DNA of 64,000 nt. It comes from the human T2T-CHM13v2.0 reference genome, Homo sapiens. The position numbers and the translations under genes were made by a program. The stretch lies in the NCBI RefSeq assembly GCF_009914755.1, contig NC_060942.1; one strand, given 5' to 3'. Shown here piece after piece: positions 12,245 to 27,364 of the stretch (positions are counted from its first letter, which is position 1; every line of letters begins with the position of its first letter). The notes under the pieces are model-generated. The model searched no databases, had not been told where the DNA came from, and worked only from the letters and a program-made list of their open reading frames with translations.

Positions 12245-14293
12245 TGGGGGGTGAGAGGAGTTGAGAGTGGGGAAGTAGGGTGTATAGAAAATGTAAGGAT
12301 GAAGATGGGGAGGAGACATGTTAAGTAGAATTAAGCAAATGGTGTAAACGACACACACAGGAGGGAAAATGTGTTGTGTACAAAATGGGCCAGGGGGAGC
12401 TTCTGGAAGAAAAGAAGGCCTGAAATGAACAATGCCTTACATATAACCAGGCCAAGCTGTGAAATGGAGTTTCAAGAAACAGCACGTGCAAGAGAAAGGA
12501 GCTATATTCAGAGGCTGGCAAGTGGTTCAGCTTGGCCATCAGTAGGTATTCAATTTATAGATTGATGTTTAGGGAATCCCTCATTCTAGTCCAATTCCAG
12601 CTTAACAAAAGAATGTGAATGCCCAGTGGGGTTCGTTAAAATGGATGTGAAATATGTTGCATGCAGAAGTGTGAATGTACATTACTGTAGGTTGTAGTAC
12701 ATTCACATATATTTAAATAAATGGAAAGAAAAACCTGGTCTTCTGTGATGAGCTATGTCACTCCCTCCCATTTAACGTGATTAAAGGCAACGTTTAATAG
12801 GTCCGTGGAGCTTTCTGTGCTGATCCATATTTCCTGGGTAGCAAGCATTTTCTTTTGTCCTACATATTAGGGTACAAAACAGCAGTGTGACATCAGTTAT
12901 AAAAGAGAATCTAGGTTAAAAACAAAACCATGCAGTCCTGTGATTTTTGAGTTCAGCATTATGAGGCATGTTTTATACATATGTGTTTCTCTTTTATTTC
13001 TTTCCTTCTGTGAGAGGTCCCTGCATTTCCAGTTAAGGAAGGGTAGTGCTGTCTGTTGGCATTGCTATCCTCTGCTTCTAAGTTCAAAGTTGGAGGGTCA
13101 GCAGCAATGCCAACAGCTAGACCTTTCACTGCCCACTGTCTGTGCCTTCTATTCTTTGGACAGTGTGAATGAACTTCAGGGGTGTGTGTGTGTGTGTGTG
13201 TGTGCATGTGTAGGTAGGTGGTTTAGGAAGGTAGAGTATCCCAGAGGCTTATTACCAGAGGAACCTGAAGAGAAGGTCTGTGTGTGTTTAATTGTCCATG
13301 TAGAATGAGTCAGCCAGCCTTAGAACTGCTAGATGGAAAAAGATAGTCTGGGAGAAGTGGTATGAGAGGTAATGGGAATTGCCAGAGAAGTAAGTACTTT
13401 AAAGGTAAGATAAAATATGCTCTTCATATATAAAAGAAAGGACCCCCTAATGTGAAGATACATACATTTTAAAAAGGTAGTAATTTTGTCTTATGTATTT
13501 GGGAGGTTTCAGAAGAAAATAGTTTTCTGACATATATGTATTAACTAGGGATATCAAAGTTTTCAATTAAGTTTTATTAAAAATTAAATGTGCTTATTAC
13601 ACTTCTACCATGTGGCTGTCATGCTGATGAAGATGCGAGAGGAGAAGGTGCAGAACTCAGTCTTGTTGGGGAAAATGAGAGTGCACAGGGGCATGTTTCT
13701 ATTTAGCAATATCATTAGTAAAATTGAATTCAATGTTTCCCCAATAAATTAGTACTAATTAAGCATTTACTAAGTGCAGGGTACTAGGAAATACATATGA
13801 AAGAGCATGGACTTTGCCACTTTCTGCCTAGGCTTCTAGATTCTCTTCAAGTACCTAGTTTTTTTCATTTGCAAAATGTGCATGATAAACATTTTATTCT
13901 ATTCTAATGTGATGATGGCATAGCAGCTGGCTCACCATATGGCGAGAAGCCAACACTTAATAAATACTAGATTTTTTTTCTACTGCCATGTAGCCAAGCT
14001 TCTACATGGAATTCTAGATTTCCAGGGTCTGAACTTGATCTGAGCTCCAGGGTTCTGACAGTGATGCCACTGCTGTGGAGTGGAGTCCACAGCAGTCCTA
14101 CTTAATAGTACGGTTCTTGACCACTGCCCTGCTTCAGCTTCTATTAGCAGAGACATTGAATCTTAATTCACTTCAGAGCTGGCACCCAACACTACTAATG
14201 CAAGCATTTTTTTAAGTCTGACTCAGTAACTTTCTGCCAAATCCAGCTTCCAGATGTTAATAATAATATGTAATTAAGAAATATAGGAAACAT

Positions 14294-14584
<291 letters not shown>

Positions 14585-15565
14585 AAGTATAGGAAACAAA
14601 CCAATAAATATAAAGGATGATCATTTGAACTCCTGCAGGTTTATGATAGCCAATTCAGGAAGGTAAGGAATAAATGGGATGGGAGTATAACTTCCCAGGG
14701 TCAATGGTTGCTACCAAAACTTGACATGTGTCTCTGGAAAGTCCTGCTTCATGGTGTATCATTCCACATTCTTCTTTCTTTCAAGATACTCATTTCTAGA
14801 AGATGCTCCTGAATAATGCTGTTTCATGTTATTCATCCTCTGAATCTTGATGCTGAAAATTAACTGATTTGTCTTTTTCTATCTTCGTTTACATTCAAAG
14901 ATAAGTTTGTTACTAGTGCACACTCTGTGTCATGCAAATATGTGGGTGTAACTTGTTGGATAATAGTATGTGTATGCCTCCAATATCCCTTCTGATTCTT
15001 ATAATGCCTTTAAGAATTGGAGGACTGGTTAGAATTGCATTTAACTACAGATAAGTGTGCAACAACTCAGGTGAAGTTATTTGGCCAAGGTTATACAGCC
15101 AGTTCCACTTAAGATCTAGATTGCAAATCTGATAATTCCAACATTTTGTATTTTTTCACAATTTCTTGTATTTCTTAATTTACTAAAACAACTTTTATAG
15201 ATTTTAGTAGATAAAGAAAGGTCAACTTCTTTGTAGATGCTCACATTTTAAGGATAACCTTGCTTGCTTTAAACTGAGGGAGTCATTTCCCTAATAAAGT
15301 GTTCCAAGTGCCATAGCAAACTTTAGATGGGATGATGGTGTCAGAAAGTTCTTTCCTCATACACTTGGGCTATTACTTAAGTCCTGCTTATAACCTTACT
15401 GATTTCAATCATGTGTTGACAAATTTTCCATAAAAAGAGTATACTGTCTGCTAGATTTATAGATGATTTTGGTAAAGTTATTTACATGAACAGTTTTAGT
15501 TAAACTTACAGTAACTCTGTGAGGGCTGTTAGTATCTCTACTTACCACCACCACCCCATCCCGAC

Positions 15566-15705
15566 TTTTTTTTTTTTTTTTTTTTTTAAGAGCTGGTGTT
15601 TTGCTATGTTGCCTAAGCTGGTCTTGAACTCCTGGCCTTGAGTGGTCCTCCTGTCTCAGCCTCCCAAAGTGCTGGAGTTACAGTTATGAGCCACTGCACC
15701 TGGCC
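15566..15705 (-). mobile_element. Alu left monomer (FLAM-like)
   Basis: Poly-T followed by a single antisense left arm ending CCACTGCACCTGGCC. Confidence 0.88.
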
Positions 15706-16797
15706 CAGTGTCTCCATTTTTAAGATAAGACAACTGAGACTGAGAGATAGATGTTAATTAACAAGGCATCAGGCAGCTGTCAGATTAATTTTCATATTCA
15801 GGTCTGATTTGATCAATGCATGGAAATGCTTGTTACACTTCTGATTAGTTCATAACCTCAGTTATTTTCCAGTGGCCCAGAGCTGGGGTGCATTACGAGG
15901 CTGTTTCAGAATCTTATTTCTCCTACCTGCTCTGCTGTTGGTTGATATTCCCTTGTATTCTCTTGAGGTCTTTCTCTGTTGTCACCTGGAGCAGCCACAA
16001 AAGTGGGAATAGACTCTGTACTCGGAGCCCCTGGTCATCCCAGATATGTTGCATAATGACCTTGTCTCATGGGACTGGCCTGGTCCACTCTGTGATGGTG
16101 GCCCCGCATACCACAGCCCTACTTTCCCAGTCCCAAAGGAGAACATGAAGCCCCTGGTAGCTTTTGATAGCAGGTGTACCTTACATCAAAGTCAGACTGT
16201 TAGCTGCAGCTGAATGGTTCTCTTTAACAGAAGTTATTGCAACTACCATCATGCCTCTCAGACACTCCCAGCTTTTGTTATGTTTAAAGTCATATTTTTC
16301 GACGTAGAAGAGTGACATTCTCATGTCAGGGTCTGTCTCTGGCTCCACCGAAGCATAACAACCTTTAGCTAGAGGACAAGACTTCCATGGATTGCTCAGC
16401 TGCGGTGCTCAATTAGTCTTCCAATGTATATTTTTTTCCCTGTTTTCCCCTAACACGCTGTCAAACATGTCAAACACAGAGCAGCTTTTTGATGTGGACA
16501 CTGGCTCATTAGGCCCCAGCTGAGATCATTAAATTCTGTTTCTTTAAGGCCAATGGGAAGGGCAGATTTATGTTTCCTTTGATAGAGCTGGTCTTAAATT
16601 TCCTCCCTATTGTGAGATGGATAGTTGGTGATGAATCAGTGAGATTTCAGACTTCACTGGGGGCAGACTGGCTGTTCATAGGATTGAGGTTTCTGGGCTA
16701 GAACAGTAAACAGGCAGTCACTGAGTGAACACACACATTTCTGATGTTGCCTCCTGCCATGGTCCAGTCTTAGTGGCATTACCTGTCACCTTTAAGA

Positions 16798-17009
16798 CAG
16801 GGTTTCTCAACCTTGGAGGTATCAATGTTTTGGACCAGGAAATCCTTGTCATGAGAACTGTTCTGTGCATTGCAGGATATTAGCAGCATGCCTGACTTCT
16901 ACCCATTAGATGCCAGTAACACACTCTCCAAGTTGTGCCAACCAAAAGTGTCCCCAGACATTGCCAAATTTCCCTTGAGGGCAAAATCACGTCCAGTTAA
17001 GAAACACTT
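16798..17009 (-). mobile_element. MER20 hAT-Charlie element
   Basis: CAGGGTTTCTCAACC...TAGATGCCAGTA...CCAGACATTGCCAAA...GTTAAGAAACACT. Confidence 0.85.
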
Positions 17010-17469
17010 TAAGATATTCCAGGAGTTTAGCTCCCTCAAGTCAATTACCTAAACAGAATACACCACGAGTCTAAGTTATGCGGTAGTAGGCATGGAAACA
17101 TCAGATGGTGGTCAAAAATATGGCCGGATGAGCAGACTGGGAGTCAGGAAGAAGTGTTTGCAATGACTTCTGACTTCTCTCTTGTTTACTTCTCCTTTCA
17201 CTTTTAACCCCCCTTTACCCTACTTGCTGATACTTAGTTCTCATCTGCTATCTTGTAGCACACAGAGTTTGCTACTATAGTTTGGGCCAAAGTTGGATCC
17301 CCTGATGACTCTGTACATTCTCCTGGCTGTACTTTTCTTCACATAATGTCTATGAAACATTACTTTTATGTGTTCTGTTCTCCGAGAATCCTGCTGACTA
17401 GAGAAACATTATACATACTCATAACTGAGTATTAATAGTTGTTAAGGGTTGAATGGTTTCACTCTCCCA

Positions 17470-17472
<3 letters not shown>

Positions 17473-17503
<31 letters not shown>
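17473..17503. repeat. (TG)n microsatellite
   Basis: Direct inspection. Confidence 0.95.
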
Positions 17504-17506
<3 letters not shown>

Positions 17507-19926
17507 ATTTCATTATATAACAACTAAAAAATGTGTGAAGAGATATTTAGATACAATAGTAGGACTACAAATAGGTTATATGACTAGCAAGACTTCAAAT
17601 CACAGCTCTTCCTAACTATGAGAGCAATCTTGGTTTTTGTAGTTCAGGATTGGGATATCTTTAAATAGAGAGACGTTCTTTACTTCTGATCCTATAGGAC
17701 AGTTCTTCAAACTGTTGATTATGCAATATCTCAAAAAATTGAAAAAAATGCGTGGGCCTCAGTATACGTATTATTTGTAAATTATATAAGTAAACTATTT
17801 TTAATCATACTATATATTAATGAGTTAAATTCTATAATTTTTGGATAATTTTTACAAGTTGAAGTTATATATTTTTTCCATTCCCCCAAAATCATCCTAT
17901 TACTCTGAAAGTGCTTAAACGCCTACAGTGGAAACCTCTTCTTGGTCCTCCACGGATGAGGTTCAGGAGACCTCCAACCCTCTAGAATTGGATATATAAT
18001 TTTGTGATCCTAGGCACAAGTTGCATTTTTGTCCATGGCATTCATACGATTTAAAAAGAGGTCCGTACTCTAAAAGTTGTTAAAGACCATATATGGTAAT
18101 CTTTGAGAGTGATCAAGCATTCATTCAGTGGAATGTGATAGAATTGATGTCTTTTTATAAGGATGTAGGAAACAGAGCAGCCTTCTCTTCAAACACTGGT
18201 CCTTCTTGGCCCCTGAATCAAGGGAGTTTTCTCAGCCTCCATTCTTCTGTGGTCATCATGAGCTAAGTCTTTGAATTTTAATTTCTCAAATATGCAATTA
18301 CCCTGACATAAAGCTAGAAGGGATTTTGGATATCCTCTAGTCTTCCTTTCTGTTTTTAGAGATGAGAAAAGCATAGCTTCCAAGATCATCCAAGTCTTCT
18401 GCTCATGTACCTATGTGTCACACTGCTGCTCTCTGGGGATTATTTTTATTGTTGCTTCACTCTGTAATCATTTTAACATTAAAAAAAGAAAGTTGCAACA
18501 AACCAATGACCTCTGGTGTACAAATGTTAAGAAATATTTAATGTTTCTGGAATTCATCTTGAATTTCACCGAGGTCTGGGCACCAGGACAGAGTGACTGA
18601 AACAGCAAACTTATCATTAAATGGATGGACATATTTGAGGAGAAACAAGTGGAAATGATGAGTAAAACAATGTCTTCAGTAGCTACGAGGAATTTATTTC
18701 ATTTCATCTGTGATGAAGCCATTTTAGGGATTGCATTGCAAGTGTGTGCATGCATGTACACACACATATGTATTAACACATCAGAACTGTATATTAAGTT
18801 AAAGGAAATGAGGAATGGCATGAATATTAATTCCCTTTTCTAGATACTGCCATTGAAAATCATAGGACCTGAAACATAGAGCATTTTTGCTCATCTCTGA
18901 AGTCTGTTGCTCATCTCCAGTGTTTCAATCTCTGTCCCCACAAGTAGGAGGCTGTAGTTGCTCTCATATCTACTCATCCCCAGGGTCAGAAAAATGGGTA
19001 GTGTTGTGTGCGATTATACCCTCACTACTGTGCTGCATTTCACTCTGCTCAGAGTACTATTGCTCCCATGGGAAGACTCCTTCCTGTGAGCTAGACATCC
19101 ATTACTGAGCCCAGAGCCCATGCCTTCCTTCTTCCCTAGAGCCCTGCTCATATTGAGCACAGCCTAGGGATGATTGTGAGTAGCATTTTTCTCATTGTGC
19201 TTCTAAGAGCCTCTCTAAGGGCTGATAAAGCCATGATACTCTCATCGGTTGCACACATTGGGTTTCTGAGTGAGCCTGTCCAAAGTTTGACAATGATTGA
19301 TTTCGTCTACCACCTTCATTACCCAGAGACAGAGAGTCACTTCTCTGTGGTCACTTCCTATGGCCACTCCTCTATGGTCACAAGGAATTCAAGTTCTGCT
19401 TCCCATCAGGTCTTTATTCTATTAATCTCCACAGTCTTTCTCTGTGTTTTCCTATTCTAATTATGAAACAAGACAGTGGGTTTATATTCCAGATGAACCA
19501 GTTTCTAGCTGAAACAAGTTATTTAACCCCTATGGTTCAGTTTATTCATGTGAAAGTTGGGGTTATAATGGAACCCACATCTTGGGTTTAATGTAAAAAT
19601 TAAAGAAGACCATGTTTGCAAGCACAGGCATGGGAAAATTCATTTATTATTCAGTTAATTTATTCAACAACTAGTGATTGTACATTTATGCTGAATGAAA
19701 CCCTGCTCTAGCTTCTGGGAAAAGAAAAATACTTCTGCACTCATGGAGCTTATATTGAGAGGGGCGAGAAGGAAATAGTAAGCAAATATTCACATAAATG
19801 GCATAATTCCAGACAGTGTTCTTGAATACAAGATGCAGGGATGGGGAGAGATGGATGGACGTAGGTGGGAGGGGTTACTTTAGTTGGTGGTCAAAGCTCT
19901 GAAAAGGTACAGTTGAGAAGAGGCCT

Positions 19927-20280
19927 TGTATTAATCTGTTCTCACGCTGCTAATAAAGACATACCTGAGACTGGGTTATTTATTTAAAAAAGAGTTTTAA
20001 TTGACTCACAGTTCCTCATGGTTGGGGAGGCCTCACAGTCATGGGCAGAAGGTGAATGAGGAGCAAAGTCACATCTTACATGGTGGCAGGCAAGAGAGCT
20101 TGTGCAAGGGAACTCCTGTTTATGAAACCATCAGATCTCATGAGACTTATTCACTATCATGAGAACAATGTGGGGGAAACTGCTCCCATGATCAATTATC
20201 TCCACCTGGCCCCTCCCTTGACACCTGGGGATTATTACAATTCAAGGTAAGATTTGGGTGGGGACACAGCCAACCCCTGT
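19927..20280 (-). mobile_element. THE1 (MaLR) solo LTR inserted in an L2 fragment
   Basis: TGTATTAATCTGTTCTCACGCTGCTAATAAAGACATACC...CCATCAGATCTCATGAGACTTATTCACTATCATGAGAAC...GGGGACACAGCCAA; AGGCCT on both flanks. Confidence 0.92.
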
Positions 20281-21770
20281 AAGGCCTGCATTATGTAAAG
20301 GAGAGAGCTTTGAAAGGATTTGGCCTGAGAGCAGTCCAGGCAGTGGGACAGAGAATGGAAAGTCCTTGTACCTTGTTCTAGAAACAAGAGGCCAATGTGG
20401 TTGGAGTGAAGTGAGTGAGGGGAGGATTGTGTGGTAAAATATGAGACTAAAGATTGCAAAGAGTACAGATAAGAAAAAGTTTCAAGCCCTGGTCTTAAAA
20501 CATTCATTTTTCTTACTAAATTCTAACCATGAAATATAACTTCTCTGAATTGATTAAAGTGTTCTTTTCCTTACCAGCTCAAACAGGAAGAATGTATTTT
20601 ATTGGGTTTGCTTAATTGTGGAGTCATGATGTGGTTGCCAAGGTTGTCTAGGGCTGGTGATATCACTGTGGTTCCTCTTTGAAGGTGAGCCAACTGACCT
20701 GGACATGTGTAGCTCTAGGGCTAGAGGGTTATCCTCCACACTACTGACTCTAAATAATCTCTAAGTACTGGCTTGAGTCCCCTCCATAACTGTTCTAAAA
20801 TTTAACATCTGTTTGCTCTCCTATGTATAACTCATATTATTTTTATTATGTAAGACATTGACAGAGGGAAATATTGAATAATCGGCCATACAAGTCCATC
20901 CTACCAGATCCTTAGTACTCGTATTCTTCACATCTTTAATATTCATGGCCTCTCAGCTCACTGGGGTCACATAATGACCAAATCTTATTTAATATCATGT
21001 GAACTTTTTGATTTGGCTCAAGGTATTAGCCTTCAGTATAGGAGTAGACAAAGTGGCATCTTGAGCCTGAGTTTATGGGTTTATAAGGAAAAGGACACTT
21101 CAAAGAATCCAGCTAGGGTATATTCCATGGTGTGTGTGTGTGTGTGCACGCGTGTGTGTGCACTCATGTGCACGCGTGCATGTGTGTGTGTTTGGAGAGA
21201 GAATGGAAGGGATGGTGGGGGAGAGAGAGATTTCTTTAAACCAGTTGTGTATATGTATATATTTATCTCTACATGGAGAAGGGTTGAAATAAACAACAAA
21301 ACACACTTAGTTTCAAAAGAGATAATTTACTAAAAGTATCTCTCACTTAGATGAATTCTGATATGTGAACAGGCTTATGAATTACAAATTTCTGGACAGA
21401 AAACAGGGTAAAAAATCTGCTCCGCCAAGGTGGGCATATTCTGAAATGCTCCCTTCAAATGTGACAAGGAGTACAATGGAGAAGAAGTCAAGTTCTCAAG
21501 AAAGGAGCCAAGAGTCTCGAAAAGCTGTGGGCTGGGGAGGTATTCTCAGGCAGCAAAACTGAAGCCTAATCAAGGAATACTTTCTGTCCCCAGGGAATAT
21601 CACTAACATTTCGTCTGGGGAATTTCAGAATTGCTATGGACCAGTAACTGCTCAATGCTGCTCAGAATTGTCCTTTCTGAATCAGCCTCCATTATGGAGA
21701 TTGTTCCCCCTTTGTATATTAATTGTGTGTGTGGAGGGAAACAACCTATTGCTCTTGGTTTTTTTTCTTG

Positions 21771-21952
21771 TTTTTCTCCTTCCTCCTCCTCCTCCACTGC
21801 TTCCTTCTCCTCTTCCTTACCTTTCTCTTACTTACCCCTCTCCTTCTCTTCCTCTTTCTTCTCCTTTTTCTCATCCTTCTTCTCCTTCAAATTCACCTTA
21901 TACTTCTGCTTCAACTTCTCCTTATCCTCCTCCTTCTATTCCTCCTTTTTCT
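21771..21952. repeat. CT-rich low-complexity tract
   Basis: Near-pure pyrimidine (TCC/TTC)n run. Confidence 0.9.
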
Positions 21953-22553
21953 GGTTTATAATTCTCCAGATTAAGAAAAGCCATATCTAGAAATATTGTT
22001 GCAGATACTATTGTAGGAGCCAAAACTTTGAGTCTGATGATCTAATAGGATGAAACTTTGGGGATTCTTCCTTGAAGATAAAGTGAGTATATTTATGTGC
22101 AAGATAAATAGAGGAAACGTGGTGAACAGGAGGGTAACTGTGATAGATTGTATTATTCAGCAAATAGTCATCTCTGTCTCTGTGCTCATTGATTGTGAAC
22201 TTGGCCATGAAATTTATTTTTACCAATGGAGCATAAATGGACAAGACATTCAGTATGTTCAATCCTGGATCCCACAATGACAAGACATATAAAGTAGACC
22301 TGATCCTGACCCTTGACTTGGAGCTGAGCCCAGAAAAGGCTACCAGGAGTAAAGCCAAGCTGCAGCAAGCCTAAAGATCTATGAGTAAGAAATAAATGTT
22401 TATTGTTATTAGCCATTAAGTTTTTTAAAAATCCAATATAACTTCTTTGAAAGTTAACTAATATAAGCACTTATTAGCGTCCAAGTCTGTTCTGAATGGT
22501 GGAAAATAATATCAAACAAAACAATCAACTATTTCTCATCTGGAGAGATTATA

Positions 22554-22556
<3 letters not shown>

Positions 22557-22592
<36 letters not shown>
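22557..22592. repeat. (TG)n microsatellite
   Basis: Direct inspection. Confidence 0.95.
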
Positions 22593-22595
<3 letters not shown>

Positions 22596-23384
22596 GAGTA
22601 TGTTCATTAGTATTTTGTATATAATACATAGATACAAATGTGGTCAATTGCATGAAATGTAAGAAGGCATGCTCACTTAACATGTCAGAAATAGTTGACT
22701 CAGGGAGGTGGAGAGAAAACAGTAATTAAAACATTGAATTATTTTTTAATCAGGTCTTCCAAACTTCACATCCTGTGCCCTTTTCTCTATATCATCCAGC
22801 CTGCCACTGCTGTTTTTTTACACTTTTTTGATTCAGGGAAATTCCCAGGTCAGGGAGCTAATAAAGATTTTACCATTTAAAATGTTCCAGAAGTAGTCCT
22901 CCTTCACCCACATGACAGCAAGCACAGCTTGCAGTCAAGAATAGCAGAAGTAACTTCCATCTAAAGACAAAATGCTACCAAGTTTACTTCTCCACTTGTA
23001 GCAGCCTGGGTATAATATTGTTAATCTTTCATTACTGGGTAGAAGAAAAACTTTTGCCTTGTACAAGTGACTTAATAAGGCCTTAATATACAGATGAAGA
23101 CTTTTGTTCCCAGGAAGCTAGTAAGCGTGCATAATTTCATATTCCTGAGAAAACTTCCCTCTACTGATCAAGCAGGCTTCAGCCTACCTGCATTTACCTA
23201 CAAAGTTTCAAAATTACCACAGGTCCACCATGGCAATGTAATCATTTGTGCCCTTATAGAAAACACTGAGGCTGACTAAAAACAATTATGTAAATGCTGT
23301 TTCTATAGTTATAGTTGTATGTTTCTCACACTTTGACATACTTAGCACATACACAAATATGTCTTTTTAGAGCATATTATAGTT

Positions 23385-23580
23385 TTCAGCCATTTTTACA
23401 TATATCACCTCATTTCACTTTCATAGCAGCCTTGTCATATAGGTGGAACAGGGCTTATTCTGCAACTCATAAGTAAGCCCAGGAAATTCTAGTGGTTTGA
23501 CCAAAGTCAGCACAGCTACAAAACACAATGTTGGAATATAAACCTGTTTTCCAACCTCATTGTCTGATAGCCTTACCATT
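23385..23580 (-). mobile_element. MIR SINE (source of the templated insert at 24577)
   Basis: CATTTCACTTTCATAGCAGCCTTG...TGACCAAAGTCAGCACAGCTA antisense MIR core. Confidence 0.6.
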
Positions 23581-24132
23581 TTTAAATGCTTAGCCACCAC
23601 TTCCTGTCCATTTTGTAAATATCTGAACAATTTACAATTGAAAAAAAAGTTTCCTAAAAGAAATAAATAGTTGCTATTTTATAGGTGAAGGGCACTACTG
23701 AACTCCTTTCCCTGTAGAAAATGGAAAGAATGAATTTGAACAGGGTCCAAAATAAGAGAAAGTATAGAAACTTAGCCCTGGAGGGTGGCAGCACAGTTTT
23801 CTTACATTATTTTATGCTGGGTGCCTACTGCAGAACCTGGCACAGGATGAGTACTTGGCACATTTTTCCTTGAGTGAATGAATATATGCACGAATAAATT
23901 TTGTAATCTAACTACACACTGTGATAACCAAATCTAACTCAAGTCTTGTGGGGTGTATACTTAGGAAAAATAAGGTGCTATTTGAATAGGGTGGCAACCT
24001 TTTATAAAAAAACAAAAGCGTCAATGAGTAATCTTCACCAGCTTCTGTCCTTAGCATCCTCACCATTCCCCTCAACATCTCGCAACCTGGTTTGCCTGCT
24101 GTTGAACCGTTGTTGCTGTAGTCCACAGTGAC

Positions 24133-24754
<622 letters not shown>

Positions 24755-27364
24755 AACAGTGACTTTTTTCCTCTTTAGGGTATCTTGCATCTGCCTACTC
24801 CTCTCCAGCCCTATTGCCACCATCTGAGTTCATTTCCTCAGTAAGACATGTCTGAGCTACTGCTGGGGCATGACTTCACCGGCAGCCCACCAAAGCTGTG
24901 AGCTACTGCTCTCTGAATGATGAAGGTTGTACTTGAGTGTCTGTTCATTGGCAATATAGCAGTTTTGCCTGCTTTTAACGCATTTTCAAGGCATCATTCA
25001 ATCCACAGATAAAGTTCCTCTGCGTTTGCTAACCCTCCTGAGTGATTCTCGTCCATCAGGGCAAATGGAAAAGAAAGAAAACCAGAACATCTGATGCCCA
25101 CCCAGGTGCCAGCATTTGCTAGATGTTGGTCTCTGTGCAGCCAATGAGCCTCTCAGGTCCTACTTCTTGACGATCAGGTTTGTGGTATAAAAGAAAGTAT
25201 TTTAGCGCTTTCTAAACTGTAAAATTCTATTTAAATGTAAAATAAAAGTTGCTATATTGAACATCTACACATATGGAAGCCAATTTTGTTTTTTAAGTCT
25301 ATAATCCTAAAATCCTAAAATGAAACTTCTATTTTACAGATAGAGAAACAGAACTCTCTCATAGAGGGCTTACCCAGCTCTAAAATATTTGATCCCAACC
25401 ATCATATGCTTCCATTTATTGAAAATATGACTCTGCTCAGGTACTTTAATATCTCCTCACTGAACAGCTGATCCAAGCTGAGCTTCTTTGTTTAACATAC
25501 CAGACCCTTATATCAACCGGTCAAAAACTTCTATGCATGATTTCTGAACATTTCATAATATTTTTTCTGACTCCCTAACATCTACCCTTGGTTCTGGCTA
25601 CTACAATTTCTTTATTATGCCTTCTCCCTTCCAAACATATTGTAAGCCCCTGCCTAAGACTTCTACAATATGTTTGGATTTCTGGACAGAAAACAGGATG
25701 AGAAAACTGCTCTGCCAAGGTGGGCATATTCTGAAATGCTCCCTTCAAATGTGGCCAAGGAGTAAATCTAGACATATTGTAATCCCCTGCCTAAGACTTC
25801 CTTTCTTCCTTAAACCTTCACAGAATAACACCCTAGTCTGGTCTCTTACTCATAAAAAAGGTGGCAAGAGAACTCAACTAATTCACAAAGACATGTTGTT
25901 TTTTCAGTCATTTTTGAGAATTGCCCTGTTTGTTTTATGTGTTTATTTGCATGTTTCAAACTAAATAAACTGTAAGATTTGAAGAGCAAGGGAAATAGCT
26001 GATTTTTAAAAAAGCTTTCTTAACACTTTGCAGAGAACTCTCAATTTTAGACAGCCTTGCTCAATGAATTATTTATCTGAACATATCTTGAAAGGTAGAT
26101 TTTCCTCAGAAAGTTACATTTTTGACTCTCCTTTATGACACCTACTTACTCCCTAAAGCTGTTTAATAGTAACACTCTGTAAAATATTCCACTTTCAAAG
26201 GCCCTTTTTAGGTAATTGCTGAACTCAAACTCACAATCACCACATAAGGCATCTACTGTAATACCTATTTTGTAGATGAAAAAACTGAAGCCTAAGGTCT
26301 AAATGGATTGCTCAGGGTTAAACAGAGAGTTACTGAGAAAGTCAGAATTGGAAGGAAGTTTCCTGATACCCACCCAATTCAGCATGCTTCCACCATGATG
26401 CCTTTCTACCTCCTGTTGCCCTGCACCCAACTGGAGCTCTATCCATTGGCACCTTTACATCATGGCGTTTGTGAGGATGACAAGAGTATGCACATTAGCA
26501 TAATAAAAAGTGATGTGCAATGGCTTGACAGATCCCACAGATTTCCTAATGAAAAAGGGATATTGAATTTGAAATTCATAATTTTGACGAGGGAAACCAT
26601 TCTACCCTTTTGTGCAAGCAAGGCTACAAGAAATATTTCCTGATAAGCATGGTGAGGCATGGGAACCTGACAGGGCTCATATGTCATCTACCAGTTATGA
26701 CTTTTTGACCTTAAACCATTTCTTTTGTGTCCTGGCTCTTATTCTGCTCCTTTTTAAAGGCGCAACTCATCTGTGGGATGCATTTTTATTCCTTTAAGCC
26801 CATCTATCAACTTACTGAAATACAGTCAAAGCCCTTTCACTCTTACACTCAGTACATTTGTAGGCCATCAGTGGAAGTGCTTGAAAATTACAGGGCTCCA
26901 TAAAACCCACACTTCTCTGAATTCAGCCCATGCTCAGCAGTTTTCAATTTGCTTCCCTCATTATTTCTTACAGGTGTGCTCAGGGTTATGCAATTAAACC
27001 ACATTCTATATTTAAAATTCTCCCTCTGACTCCATCCTTACCGGATATGTCAAATATAAAGTGTTTTGAAGTGCTAATCAAAACTAACAGAATCTGGGAA
27101 GTAATAGAAATATATATGTGTGTATGTGTGTGTATATATATATATATGTGTGTGTGTGTGTTTATTTCATGCTTTTGTTTGTTTGTTTGTTTTGGTGAGG
27201 TGAAACATACCACAAGACTGACCTAGAATCTGGAACATCATTATCTGATTCTGGAAGCTTGATTTTTACCCCACTTTTGTCACCAAGGTAGCTAAACAAA
27301 TATAGCAACTAAATATAATATAAAATGCAAATACGCTTATTTATTTTAAAGATATTTCTTGATT

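Noticed and set aside
14069-14096. 11-bp-stem hairpin ACTGCTGTGGA/TCCACAGCAGT (similar 11-bp inverted repeat at 12670-12707)
   Set aside because: Too short for a pre-miRNA, and no context shows whether it is a repair scar or chance.
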